From Lama glama (taxonomy: Eukaryota): 64,000 nucleotides of DNA. Of the stretch, positions 39,900 to 54,901 are shown piece by piece; position 1 is the stretch's first letter; every line of letters starts with the position of its first letter. The position numbers and the translations under genes are program-made. The stretch spans positions 55,678,001-55,742,000 of the forward strand of contig CM052816.1 of NCBI GenBank assembly GCA_028534125.1, given 5' to 3'. Under the pieces are notes generated by a model. That model did not search any database. It saw nothing but the letters and a program-made list of their open reading frames with translations, and was not told the DNA's origin.

Positions 39900-40394
39900 T
39901 GTTGAGGAGGGGGAATTTTCCTCCTCTGCCCCTCTTGAGTTTTTGTGGCTGGCCTAATAGTAAAATTGACACAAGACAGATTAACAGGAGAAAAACAAAT
40001 TTTGATTCCTGTGCATGGAGATTCCATAGAAATGGGACTTAAGAAGTGGCCAAAGCAGGCAGCTTTTATACTTTTTTGACAAAAGAACAATACATTTGTA
40101 AGGAATTGATAGGACAAGAATCTTGGGTTTGGGGTGCCCAATTAGTGAAGAATCTAAGCAGGCTAGGTTTGTAGTAGTAAATTCAGGAAGTAACAAGGTT
40201 TGTTTGTGTAGGCTTATTCTCAGATCGAATTCCTGATCTTTGGTAATACTGTCCTATCTCCAGATGCAGGGAATGCACCTTTCATGTGAAATTTATTTCC
40301 TATTTTCTTGCATTGGCCATTTCTTAAGTAACTTTAATTCAGAACAATCAGTATGCTATTGAGGCACATTTTGAGCCTACTCTGGGCCCCAACA
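39900..40394 (-). mobile_element. Solo LTR, related to 37833-38361
   Basis: tgttgaggag...gccccaaca; perfect TSD AAGC (39896-39899 / 40395-40398). Shares ggctgg-ctaa...aaattgaca...agattaa-aggagaaaa with the 37833 element, from which its orientation is inferred. Confidence 0.85.
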
Positions 40395-40504
40395 AAGCTA
40401 TTGTTCCACTTTAAGTTCACGTTAACTTGTTTTATCACAGCAAGATACACACATACCTTCTATGTTTCCATTTTGCTATTATTCTTTATACTTTTATCTT
40501 CTGA

Positions 40505-40655
40505 TACAACTGAGATTCTACACTTGCATTAGAATCACTTGGAGGACTTATAAACATGCATATTCCTGGCTCCCCTCAAGACCCACTGAAAAGTAATTTC
40601 TTCGAGTAAGGGCCTGTGACTGTTCATTTTAACAGGTTCTCCAGGAAGTTCCCCA
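40505..40655. mobile_element. hAT-Charlie MITE (MER5-like)
   Basis: tgcattagaatcacttggagga...tgcatattcctggctccc...cattttaacaggttctccagg. Confidence 0.6.
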
Positions 40656-40849
40656 GGTGACTGAAAGCCACTATACTATTCTAACCAGGCTTTCAAGCAT
40701 CAGTTCAGCTTTTCTTTCTCTGCGACATAATTGTCTTTGCTTAGGAAGATTCCCCTCAGAAATCCTATCTGTCATTCTCATTGGTAGTTCTGCTGCAACT
40801 TTGTACTTAAAACCTTTCTACAATTTTATAAGGTTTCCTTAGCCAAGTA

Positions 40850-41095
40850 CTCAAGTCACAAGTACTTAGCTCTGCCACTGTAGCATGAAGGCAGACATAG
40901 ACAATACATAAATGAATAAGCATGTTGTATTCCAGTAAAGCTTTATTGTAATTTCATATAATTTCCATATGTTACTCTTTTTTTGTTTCCCAACCATTGG
41001 AAAATGAAATTCTTAGCTTAAAGCCCATACAGAAAGTAGGCGGAGGACTGGACTTGGCCCATGGGCCATAGTTCATAGTTCACCAATCCTGTGCT
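40850..41095. mobile_element. hAT-Charlie MITE (MER58-like)
   Basis: ctctgccactgtagcatgaaggcagacatagacaatacataaatgaat...ttggcccatgggccatagtt. Confidence 0.7.
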
Positions 41096-41351
41096 CTAGA
41101 TTATTTCCCTAACCCAGTATAGGTTAATATACAGTAAATATTTGAGTACCAAGTGAATTAAATTATAACACTTGTGATTTTGCATAGAGCATATATTATT
41201 CATCTTTATGATATTGCCTAGTATACTAACTGGTTCAGAAATTGTTGTCAAGTCACTTTTCAACTTTCCCCTAAATTTAATTACCGGGGTTATCAGTGTT
41301 TTCAATTTCCTTGAATCAACTGCTTTTTTTTCCCCCTTTCTGTCTGAATAG

Positions 41352-41489
<138 letters not shown>

Positions 41490-42599
41490 TAAATAGAATT
41501 GGAAAGTATGTATCTAATAACCTAAAAAATGAACTGAGTCTACATTGATTCACAATTGTAGACAAATCTGTATAAGTCACTTTCTTCGTTGATCGGTTTC
41601 CAAGCAATAAAAAGAAGACCAATGATTGTTTAAAGGAAGCGTATGTAATTAATGTGAAATTAAATGGAAATATATTCTGCCTATTCCCTTTGAAATATCC
41701 AACTTTACTATCATTCTGTTAATATAAAACATAATATTTGCTCTGAATAAAACAATCTCAATGAATTTCTCTTCATGAAGTACCTTATGAATTCAAAAGG
41801 AAGATGACCATGAATTTATTTTTCTTCTGCATTAGTACCATTCAGTTTTTATTATTAATTTCTTTATTGCTTTCACTACCTTCGCCTTTAGTTACTTCCT
41901 CACTTTTAACTTTGCTCAGTGTCTTACCATTTATTAAATTCACAGCTGTTATACCTGGCTCCTCCTGTGGAAATTGAAGGAAAGCATTTCTTAAATTCTT
42001 TAACTCTAGTTTCAAGATTAATTTGATCTTTTACCTTCCTTAATTCTACAAAAACGCAGTTACCATATATTACCACTAGATGGTACTTAAGGATGAATTT
42101 GTTATTCTTAAGGACTAAGCATTTTGCAAATAAATCTCATGTGTATTAGTTTTATACTACAAATTAACTTGCATAGAAAAGTCTTGTTCACTCCCTGTCA
42201 TTGCTAAGGCAGTCATGGCAATTGTGCCCATTTACTGGTCTGTCTACCTGAGGTAAGTCATCTGCAGTAGTGGCTGTTTACTTTTCTTATTTATTTTTCA
42301 TTGTTTTTTTCCATAAGTCAATGATGAAAAGTTCATCACATTAATTTATAAAGTTTATTGCTCATTTTTCACACCCAAAAGGTGCTACACAGTACTCAAT
42401 ACAAGTGGGAACTTTCAGTTCCTAAATGAGCTCTAATTTTGGATACCAAAAATATTATCTGAAGTAGCATCATTGTGTTTGGTTTTGGATTTTTGTTTTT
42501 GTTTTAATGGTTTTGGGGTTGGCTTTTTGTTTGTTTTGTTTGTTTGTTTGTTTTCCCCTTCACTGTGTTTTTATTTTAACCTAAGATGTGTTATTTTGG

Positions 42600-42765
42600 G
42601 CAGAGTACTGAACTATGAGGTCAGGACAAGTTACTCTTAGTTTTGCCACTAACCATGAAACTATAAACTTAGCACTTAAATTCTTTGGGCCTTGGTTTTC
42701 TAATCTGTGAAACAAGGAGTTGGATAAGATGATTCAGATCATCGCTCTGACTCTAAAATGCTCCT
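42600..42765 (+). mobile_element. MIR SINE (MIR3/MIRb-like)
   Basis: tttgccactaac...cacttaaattctttgggccttggttttctaatctgtgaaa...ctctaaaatgct. Confidence 0.55.
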
Positions 42766-43872
42766 CTATTGAATATCAGCATGGTGGTTGAGTTGGAGTT
42801 GAAGAGGATCAATAAAAAAACTCCTATAAGCTTTAGAATAAAGTAATAGTCATGGAGCTATCAACTCATTTAATTTCAGTCTATTCTTGACACTCTGGTA
42901 GGTACTTCACAAAACAAGTCATTAAACAGACCTTGATTTTCCTTGTGTAATAGCCAGGCACATTGATATGACAAAGATAATTACAGTGAGGTCATGCTCT
43001 AGAGTAGTAAGTTTTCTTAGTTGATGAAATCAGTTCCAAAGGTTCAGATCATTTCCCTCGTTGTATGCAGTAGATGTTGCACAGAGCTCTCAACAACACA
43101 GCCACTTCATATGTATTCTTCAGTGGCACATTTTTGAGTTAACATTTGTTTTCCATTTTTTGCCAACACAGGGAAAGATATGCCATAAAGTGGTGAGTGA
43201 GAAATAAGATCTTAGCCTTTGTGTTCAGTGTTGAATAGTAATTACCAGTTGTCTTCTGCATAGTTAGAAGATGAGCACACACACAATTTCTCATACCTTA
43301 AAATTAGTAGGTATTTATTGAATAAGTGAGAAGAAACTAGGCAAGCTGAGGAGGAGAAAGGAGATCAGGTGGCAGGTTAACAGGAGTGAGGTGATGGGAT
43401 GAAGGCATAATACACATTCTTCATGGAAGGGAGACAGTGATATATATGATACGTTCTTTGGAGTACAACTGAACCAAACAATGATATTGGTTCAAATGAT
43501 ATAGCCCTGCAGGATGCTAATAAGGTGAAATGATTGGAATAATTTGGCTAGAGTTTAGATAAGGAAGTTATTCTGGGAGCAGTGTTAAGATTGATTTATG
43601 GTAAATGGTGGCATGCGGGTATTAGAGATTGTAACTAGGAACAAAAATCAGAGCACTAATCCTTGGTTTAAGGTAGTATCTATGGAGTCTAAAGAAAGAG
43701 GATTGGGACACATGAAGTGCCAAGATTTGGCAAGACTTGTATCTTTAATGTTACTTCATAATTCAAGTATTTGTAAGTACTAAAGTGCCCAGTAATTAAA
43801 TGTTATATTATCCCGTCTCAACTGCAAAATACTCTTTAAAACCTTCCCATGTAACATTATATGTTTCCTTAG

Positions 43873-43971
<99 letters not shown>

Positions 43972-44332
43972 TAATGGCAGAGTTTACTGAAAGTGTATGT
44001 TAAATTGTTCTTCACTGTTGATGAAACTCTCCTGTTGTATAAGTTTTCTCCCTTTTCTTGAATTTAAGTAATGAGATATTTTGAAATTATATGTCTTCTT
44101 CCATATACATCCTTCAAAACCATTAGAAATCTTCGGACATAATATTCTTTCTTTTTTATTTAAGGGGAAAAGAAGGGTGGGGAGATAGGGAGTGGCTTGT
44201 CCAAAATAATTAACCAGAAGCGTAGCCAATTATATTAAATCTTTTTTTCTTTGGGGTTAAGTGTTTTTATTTTTTATTATTAGAAGCACTACATTCTTTA
44301 TAGAAAGATTTTGCAGCATAACACATAATAGG

Positions 44333-44737
<405 letters not shown>

Positions 44738-47700
44738 TGCCCTTTGTATCCTCTCCTGTGAATAACTTCGAATTTTGCCATATAGGAGGTACTCCCAAAA
44801 TATTTCAAATTGAATTGAAACATAGAAGTTACCTGGTGCTTAAATATCAAGTAATAACTGTTTCTTCAGACAGGATTCATCAGCTTTTATGGACATAGTC
44901 TGTAGGATATGTTACAGCATTAAAGCTGGTTTCAAGTCTCACTTCTAATCTAATTTAAAATATCTCATAATATATTCAACAGGGAGATAAGTTTTTAAAT
45001 AAAATTTGTGTAATTACCATGTCTTATTACCATTATAATACTAAGCTTTGTTGAATAGGTTGTGTTTTCCTCATGCAAATTGCCCTTGGATATTATAAAT
45101 GCATATTCCTGCTTGTGTAAATTTATGGAAATTGATTTTAAATTATTAAATATCAGTATGGTTTAGGGATTTAGGACAAGAAGCTGGATGCTTGCAATCT
45201 CTGCCCTCATGATAAAATCAAAGTATCATCAGAGGAATATTTTTCTTAGCATCATCATTGGGTAAAAAAAGTCACATCTTTGCCATTCAACTTTGTGTTT
45301 TTATGGCGATTGCATTTTATTGGATTGCAGTATGTTATTTTATGTTAAGAACTTTAGCTCTCCAGTCATAATGACTGGGTTTAAAGCTGGTTACCTGCAA
45401 AATATTGAGCAGCTTTTCTAACTCTTCTGTGCCTTGCTTCTGTCATCTGGCTAGGACTTCAATGTAGCTAGAACCTAGCATGTGGTTTCTGTGAGCTTTT
45501 ATTAGCATTATAACAACATTATTTCTTTGAGCTAATCAAAACTATCCATTATTTTTCTTCATCAGCATATTCCAGTAAAACCTTTTAAAAGTCAATTTAG
45601 AACAGGCATACAAATAACATTTACACTAATTTTCAACTATGTAGAAAATCATGTTTGATTCAAAAATTTTTTTCTGGCTTTTGTAGCTTTTTCCTCGAAC
45701 ATTTTTGAGAATATTTATCAATCCTTCATCACAAATCACCCATAGCCAAATTTATCACAGTGTTTTTTTATCTTTGACTCATTCATTTATGAATGGTTTT
45801 TAAATAGTGACTTATTTTCACAAATAAGTCAGTGACCAAACTAGATAATACTGGAACACTTTGGTTTATTCTGCTAAACTCCACCTTGCATTAAAATGAT
45901 AAATAACAAATTAACTGAAAGACATCAGTACTGGTCACCATTTTCCCTTAACATATAGAAATACACAGGCTATAAATGAAAGAAAATGTAAAGAGCAAGA
46001 AAAGAATGTGAGCCACTGATAGGTGCCTGAGAAAGAAGAATTCAGAACCCAGAGCTGGGCCCTAGCTGTAGAGAGATGTGTAGAACAGCTGAAAGCCTTC
46101 AAGTACAGATGAATGTATCACTGAGAAGCGGGTGCCCAGCTCTTTATAAGACTGGTGTAACTTTTGTATGTAAGTTGAGAAAAATCTTCCTGGTGTATTT
46201 TTTTTTTCTAAAGTATGATGCTCATGATTGATTCAGTTCTGTTTTTAAGCTTTTGATTTTTCTACTGTTTTATCTGCCAAAAGAGAGGAAAATGAAGAAA
46301 AATAACATTGAGGTCTTCAAATATTTATTGTCCTTGCTAAAGTATTTGTTGTCAGTAGCAGACTTGTGCTCTGGCAGTTAACTATTAATTTGGCTTTGCC
46401 ATCTACATTCAACTCTTGGCTCATGACTGCTTAGTTCTTGTTGAAATAATATTCATCGTCTTGATTGAGTAGGATAATTAAATGTAGAACTGAGAGGTGC
46501 CCTAAAAATAACTTTAAATAAAAGATGTGGCTCTATTAGGAAAATAGAACAACACATGAATCTGTCTGATGCACAGATATTGAAAATGAAGTAGCTAAAT
46601 CAAAGTGTACAAAAAGGAAGAAGGACTTGGATTTATAAGTGGATCTTTTTGGTCACATTTACTTGCATAACACAATTACCATCTAAAGATGTTACATTAG
46701 AAATCAAAGGGGAAAAAATATCTTCCTTAGTTGAAAAAAAAAAAGGAAAGAAAATCAAAGGGTAGGTAATACCTCTACAGGTTAATATGTGGTAAGCATC
46801 CTTGCAAAAATAATTCTGTGTACTTTATGGAGAAAAACTTTATGTCCATAGTAACATATAATTGTTGTGGTAATTATTTATTTCACCTGTCCCTTTTTTA
46901 TGGTATAAGTTATACATGCTAATTTTAGCAGAACTAGAAAGTTGAGTAAATAAAATTAAAATGCTAGATCACTATTCTTATGCATATCCTTTTTCCATAT
47001 ATATGTATATTAAAATAAATAAAATCAGGCACATACTGAAATTACACACACCTAAGTAATTGTTTTTTCTACCAAAGTAGGTAACTCTATATACTATTTT
47101 GTAACTGCCTTTTTTTTTTAACATATAATTAGGCCTATCTTCCTATCAGTAAATATAGCTCTAAATCTCCTTGTCTATTACATGGATATGCATACTAGAT
47201 TTACCAACTGACCTAATATTCAATGTTTAGTTTATTTTCAGTTAGTCTTTATTATAAATATATATAGTGCTACTGGGCATCCTTGTATATATATCATTGT
47301 ACACTTAACCAGTTATTTCCTTAGAATATATTCCTAGAAGTAGAATTGTTCGGACAAAGGCCATGCACACTTCTAAGTTTTTTTTTATCCTTATTGCCAA
47401 ACTGTTCATTAGAGAAGATGAGCCAGCTATACTGTACTGACACTGAATATTATAACTCAGTTAATTTTTTTCCCAATCTGATAGACTAAAAGTGGTATTT
47501 TTGCTTCTTGGCTGTTTGCAGTTTTCAGTGAATTGACTATTCATGTTGTCCTTGACCGTTTTTCTTTTGGGTTAACAGAACACTGTTAATTTGTTACAAG
47601 GAAATTATTCTATCCAACAAATTCCTTTATGACAGTAAGCATAGTTGTATTCCTTTCACCTGGGTAACAGAAAGAGATCCAAGTTCTATTTGAGCCCTTC

Positions 47701-50700
47701 TGAGACTTTTGTTCGTTACAATTTTGTTGTGCCATCAAAGGACAATTTTCTTTCTATATTAATAGTGTTAGAAAAATCCAGTTAGATCTGGCCTCCTATA
47801 ATGGCATACTGAGTGATTCAAATGTGAGGTGAAAGAAAAGGTAAGAATTGGAGTGCCATCACCTCTTATTTCAAATGTGTTTTATCTTCATTTTTTTCAT
47901 AGTTCATTTGTAATGAAGATGCTGTGGGTGTCAGCTTATCATTTTCAGCTCTAGGTCCAAAAAAATTAAGGGCATGATTCCTGAAATTATGCTTAGTCTT
48001 AGTCTAATGAAAACTTGGCAAATACTATTAAAGCAGGTGGAATCTTGCTTCAGAAATTTTAATTGTCTTTTTTTTAAGCAATAGGTGTTTCTAGTAACAC
48101 TATTTTCTAGTACATCAAATTTTAAACCTAATAAGACAGAAAATTTAGTGTATATTTATTCTTGTCACCCAATTAATGATCCCTTGTTTCCCACTTTTGA
48201 TATAGAGTCATAATTGAAAACAGTAATTGAAGTATATCTTAAGAATATATCTGAAGTATGAGTGTGGTCACAAATGCCCAAGTCATTACCTCTGTCGTAA
48301 CATTGGCTACTTCATATTTTATCGCAGTGAACATGAAATTAGTTATAGTGAAATTTTTCTGGTATCGTCTCTCTCCTTAACCTGAATGTTATTACCTTGA
48401 GGATTATGCCATAGTGAGTAAAGATTCCTTGATGAAGGTTTTGCAGAACATGGCTAGTACAGTAATTGAGTACTTCATTTGTTTCTTTAGTGTTTTAGGA
48501 GCACGGTACTGAATACAACTTTTGTTTCTCTTTGAACTTTTCAAACCCTCTTAAGGAAGTAAATAATGACAAAAGACTGAAAACTTTCCCACAGATGGAG
48601 TAGTAACTATGATAAGAATACATTTTCTTCATCTGTCTAGCAAGACAATGTAAATGTGTTTACTGTACATTGTTTTACACTTAGGTTACACCTCCTATCA
48701 ATTTATATTTGTGGAATCTGGTTCCTTTTGGACCAAAACACAAATTAAAAACACCTTCTCGTTTTTCACACATCTAATATAGGAATAATGTCCCTAACAA
48801 AAACACAGTTACTTGCATACTTTTCAACAAAAGAGCTAAATGACAGTAAAGTTTTTTTTTAAACAGAACTCTTTTTTTAACAGAATAAAATTCTCCTGTC
48901 AGAAGTAATCCATTGAAAGTAGGGCCTATTTAGGGGAAACATTTTCTGCCTGTAATTTCATAATAAATACAGGTGTTCTTAACTCCTATTGTCCTGCCTA
49001 AAATATACATATTCAGATCTAAAGATTTTTAAATCTTCAGATCTAAAAAGAGTGAGAATTTCTCCCAATTAAGATGCGACACAGACAAATGAGTGAAGCC
49101 GGTGCTGCTTTGGTTTTATTTATGCATGGTAACTGGGGCTTTCTTTGTTCTTCCTCTTTTGGTAATAAGATACACTTTCTATATGTTTGTAATTTGGAAT
49201 CCTTCATTAGTCATCCTTACCCTCTGAAAGCAGATTTCAAAATTATAGAGGCACAAAGGTTTTTCCAGTCAGCCCCTGAAATTGTGTTTTCTAATTAAGA
49301 CTCTATAAAATTATAGTTGTACTAGTAGTCATCTTTTAAAATCTCTTTCAAGGCTCTAACCCAGCACTTTTCACATTGTTTTGAAGTTTATAAATAAAGA
49401 AATAAGATATTAGTAATGTTTATTTAATACAAAATTAGATTGTAGAATTTTAGCATGAACATTTTTATTAGAAAATATTTTGTGGTCATTGCCAGTGAAA
49501 GGCATTCAAAGCTATAGCTACTTTCAGTAACCAAAAATGCATTCTGAACTTGGTGTGCACATCACAATAACATGCTTATAACATCCTTTTGTGTAGAAAA
49601 AATTATATCCCCAGGGTGAATAACTTTGAGTTTCTGCCCCTAAACCATTATTTATTTCAAAATACATGTAAACCAGTTCTTAATTAACTCTGTATCCCTA
49701 ATGAATGCAGTAGACTTGATGTAAAATAAGTAGTTAAATTTGGGAATAAATCTTTAAATTGAAGTATAATGTACATATTTTCTCTTTTCTGCCTTCTCTT
49801 AATAATATTATTATATAAAACAATTATGAGTAAAAGTTTAAAAAATAGAACTTAAGAACTAAGTTTCTGTGCATAGATGGTAGAGGCACCACTTCCTTCA
49901 GAGGCAGTCTTTTTTATCACTTCAGTTCTGTTTAAAGACATGTTTCATACTAGAATTTCCAAAGAACGCTTACATGGAATCTTACCAATAAATTTGATAG
50001 AGGATTCTGGAAGTGTGAAATATTCTACTTTATTTGCTTATAAAAGATGTGTTGGGGTAATTTGATAGTGAAAAGGAGAGACTGCGATTTAAATTTCAGT
50101 AAAAAAAAAAAGATTTGGTTAGAAATTTAGAAAGAATGAACTAAAAGGTGATTATTTGCAAATGTTTGCATATATGAGTATTAGCATTATCCCTGTAAGA
50201 ATTTAGACCAATGAAACTGGAATCAAATAAATGGAGGCGGTGGTTATTTTTAAGTTGGGTTATATTCGTGATAAAAAAGAAGTTTATCAGTGAAATAATG
50301 AAAGTTATCTTACCTTTATAGGGAAATCCTGACATACAACGAGCTAATTCTAAAACCTCTGTGTAGTCTTAAATACAGGAACACTGGACTAGATGGTCTC
50401 TTTGTACCCCTTTCATCCTTAATGTTCCATGATTTTGTGCTTTAAGATATTATCTCTGTAAGAAAGCATTTTATTGTAAGGGAAAGAATAATTCTTCTTT
50501 CCAAAAAATGTTGTTTGGTCACTTGATGTACGTTAGGCCAATATGTTATTTGAGTGAAGCATCTTTCTTCCCTGCATTTCTCCCTCCTGTCATTAACCTG
50601 GATATGATACCTGGAATGTGGACTAAACTCTTCAAAAGTATATAAAATGTACTAACCTTTGTGCATTTGGTTGCTTAGCTTTCTAAGAACATCATTTCTG

Positions 50701-50753
50701 AACTGAAGTAAACTGAATGCCATTCTATTTTAGAGATATAACATAGCTGTTAA

Positions 50754-51044
<291 letters not shown>

Positions 51045-51889
51045 CCAGTGTACTGTTGTAGGTTGCTAATTGCAGCCCTGGTGCAATCATACTATTATTA
51101 CTGTTGATATAAGTAAGATAGCATTTTAAAATTTCTATTAAACAAATGACATATGATCAGAAAAGCACCAGATATTAAGAAATAAAGTGTCCTTTTGCTT
51201 CCCTGGTGTAAGTTTTACATAATTTCTTGTATGATCTTAGTATAAATCTGAACACAGACCATTTTGTTTTGCCTAGGCTATGGAGAAAATAAAATTTGGG
51301 TGTCTAGATATGAGCAGGTCACAATTAGCTGATGGCTCTCTCTTTAGATAGTTCTCCTTCTCCCCACCCCCACCCCCCGTTTTTTTTTTTCAGTATGCTA
51401 AATGCTGTGTCCAAGTGTCACTTTTTTCCCTCTTTGGTCTATACTTCACTTGTTCTTTCTCTGACTGCATCTTTTTTTGATATTTGGACATTGGTCAGCT
51501 AATCTTGCTCACATCCCTAAACATGAGACAGAGAGAACAGGGAGCAAGAGTTTGAGAGTTGGCTTGAAAAGCAGCAGCAACGTTGAATTTTGGATTACCT
51601 CATGCCCAAGGCGTTATGCTACTATAGATGTTTAATAAGACTCCCTCCAAGCTGAAACTTCGGTTGGAGAAGGAGGATATTGACATTAAAAGATAAAATT
51701 ACTCAGGTCTTTCTGATAACAGTGCATGAAAAATTGGAAAAGAAAGCGATCTCTGCTTTGAGACAATTAGATTGTTTTGCACTGAGGAGAAGCATTTGAA
51801 CTATGTCTAGAAATGGAAACAAAGTGTGACAAAGGTGAAGTGAGGGTATTTTAGGCAAGAAATATAACATTAGCAAAACTTGAAAGCAC

Positions 51890-52049
51890 TTTTTTTTAAC
51901 ATTTTTTTATTGAGTTATAGTCATTTTACAATGTTGTGTCAAATTCCAGTGTAGAGCACAATTTTTCAGTTATACATGAATATACATATATTCATTGTCA
52001 CTTTTTTTTTTCCTGTGAGCTACCACAAGATCTTGTGTATATTTCTCTG
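51890..52049 (-). mobile_element. Young lineage-specific L1 3' end (camelid-type)
   Basis: ttttattgagttatagtcattttacaatgttgtgtcaaattccagtgt; TSD gaaagcac(t/a)ttt at 51882 / 52050; same family as 59468. Confidence 0.8.
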
Positions 52050-53615
52050 GAAAGCACATTTCTTATTCACAAGTTTTGTATAGACTTTTGACCAGAATTA
52101 TTCTAGCAAATGAGATACCATATTAGATGTTGAAATTTTCTCTCCTTCTGAATAGGGAGCAAGTTAAGAAATAAGATAGAGGAAGTTAACAAAATGCTAG
52201 TTGTACTTCTGATAAGCTAACATAGCTGGACAATCACAGGGCTTCCCCACAAGAGCAGGCCCCAAAAGCAGACCAGGAGATATCCTGTCTGCAGCAGAAG
52301 AGGTTGAGCCAAGCCTGCCTAGTCTTCCTTCTATGCTCACCATTCAGATGTCCCTGTTCCCCGCCAGGGAGGAGGAGGTAAAAGGGTGAAGGGGAACCAG
52401 GAGTAATAGTCTAGATGAAGTTTCTCCACGTGAAATGAGGGGTAAAGAAAAACTGCTCCTACACCTTTAGGGAGAACAGAGATTGGGGCTGGACTATGGG
52501 GAGTATAAAATAACCCGCTAAACAGAATATTCTGTTGTCTGTGGCAGTAGGCTATGCATTGAACGCAAAGTAACATTTTAGGAGGATTAGGCTAATAGAG
52601 AAGAAACTCGAGACCAATAAAATCACTTAAGAGAATCGGGTACAAGGTGATGGAAAGCCTACCTAAAAGAGGTAACCAGTGAATAGAAAAGTCAGGCTGT
52701 TGGTTGAGTATCTTATAGGGGATTAGTAATAAACTTAACAGCTTTGTACAGTGTGAAGGGAGGAATCAGAAGTCTATAGAGTTTCTTGTTTGGGTGACTA
52801 GGAAAATAGCAGTCCCAATAACATGAATAAATAAGCACATAAGGAAGGGTAGCTGGAGAGAGAGATTGTAAAAGAGAAATTATATGAAATGCCTATCAGT
52901 GTCTGGCCCCATAGGCACTCCATAAAATGAGAGCTGGTTCTCCCTGTGATAACATGTTTATTCATTTCTCAAAAGAGTGTGTTACAGAATTGTCTAAAGT
53001 AACAAACCTATAATTTTGAAGTAATTTCATTCAGCAGTTTACATATACAGTCTCAGCATTTAAAGCAAGACAGACCTTTAGGTATGCAGCCTTAGTATTT
53101 ACAGCAGAATATCATCAATCTTTATGCCATTTTAGCATAATTCAACAAATAATTGAGAGCCTACTGTGTTTCAGATACCATTCTAAATCTGAGGTTACAG
53201 CATTAAAACAAAACTGCCTTAAATCAGTATCCCTAAGCAAATTATGTTTTAACCAGGCAGATTTGGCCTTCTTAGCCATGTTAAACAGTATTTGAGAATG
53301 CTCAGTAAATAATGCCTAATTTAAATTGATATATTTACTTTTTTAACAAATCAGTAGTTTAATCATTGATTATATATGCATGTTTTTCATAGTTGACATT
53401 TACCTTGGATTTGTAGTTTTAAATATTTTTTATGTATTGTCTTTGTTAATAATTTGAGATTTTAAACTTTCTTTTAGCTGAGTATTTATGTTCCAGAAGT
53501 ACATTTTCATACGTAAAATTCTAAAAAGCAGCTAAATTTTAAAACATGCTTTCAAGTTTGTACTTCAGGGGTTCAAGTTTTATTTTTTAAACAGATTTTT
53601 AAATATATCCTCTAG

Positions 53616-53762
<147 letters not shown>

Positions 53763-54589
53763 TGAATAGTTCTTTTTATAATTATCGTTGTGAATTTAAT
53801 GTCAAACCTAACTTGGTTTTCTACATCTAATTTATAAAGTCAATATGGAAAGTATCTGGAGAATCATATAGGGGACTGATAATACCTAACATTTAAATGA
53901 AGTTTTTCACTGTGCAAAATGCTTCTCAGCACATTACAGCTTTTGATCCACTGCCTCAATAATCCTGTGTCATAGATAGGGAATTAGGTATAAATCAGCT
54001 AGGTCATGTGACTTGTCAGAGGCCACAGAACTAGTTAGTGGAAAAATTGGGACTAAAATTGAAGATTTCTGTTTTATCATCTCTCTTTCTAAACTGTTTT
54101 GTTTCCATGGTAAATCCTAGTTGAATCTTGCTGGGGTTTGTTTAGAGTAATTCTTGGTGTGTATGTGTGTTTCCGCTAGGCACCAAATTTCATAAATACT
54201 GATAATTAAGAACAACATGTTTATCAGTGGCAGTTTGACACTTTTTTCTCACAAACCTAAATAGAATAGCTTATTGAGCTTCAATAAATGGGGAATTATA
54301 GAGAGGGGAAGGGTTGTATTGTTAAGGAATAATTTGTGCTTAAGTAATGCAATGATTAGGATTGATTTCTTGCAGTGGGAGCTAGATATTGGGCCAAAGA
54401 AAATGAGATGTCTTAGTGATTAGATGTCACAGCCACCATCTGTCGCCCTAATGCTAAATATACCTTCCATTTGAACTTAGCCTGGGTAGAGCAGAATCCT
54501 GATCATTTTACCATAATGTCCATTTTTAATTGACTTTCATTATAAGTGAATTAATCATATTCTAAGAAAAGATAATAAATCTTTTTGAC

Positions 54590-54901
<312 letters not shown>

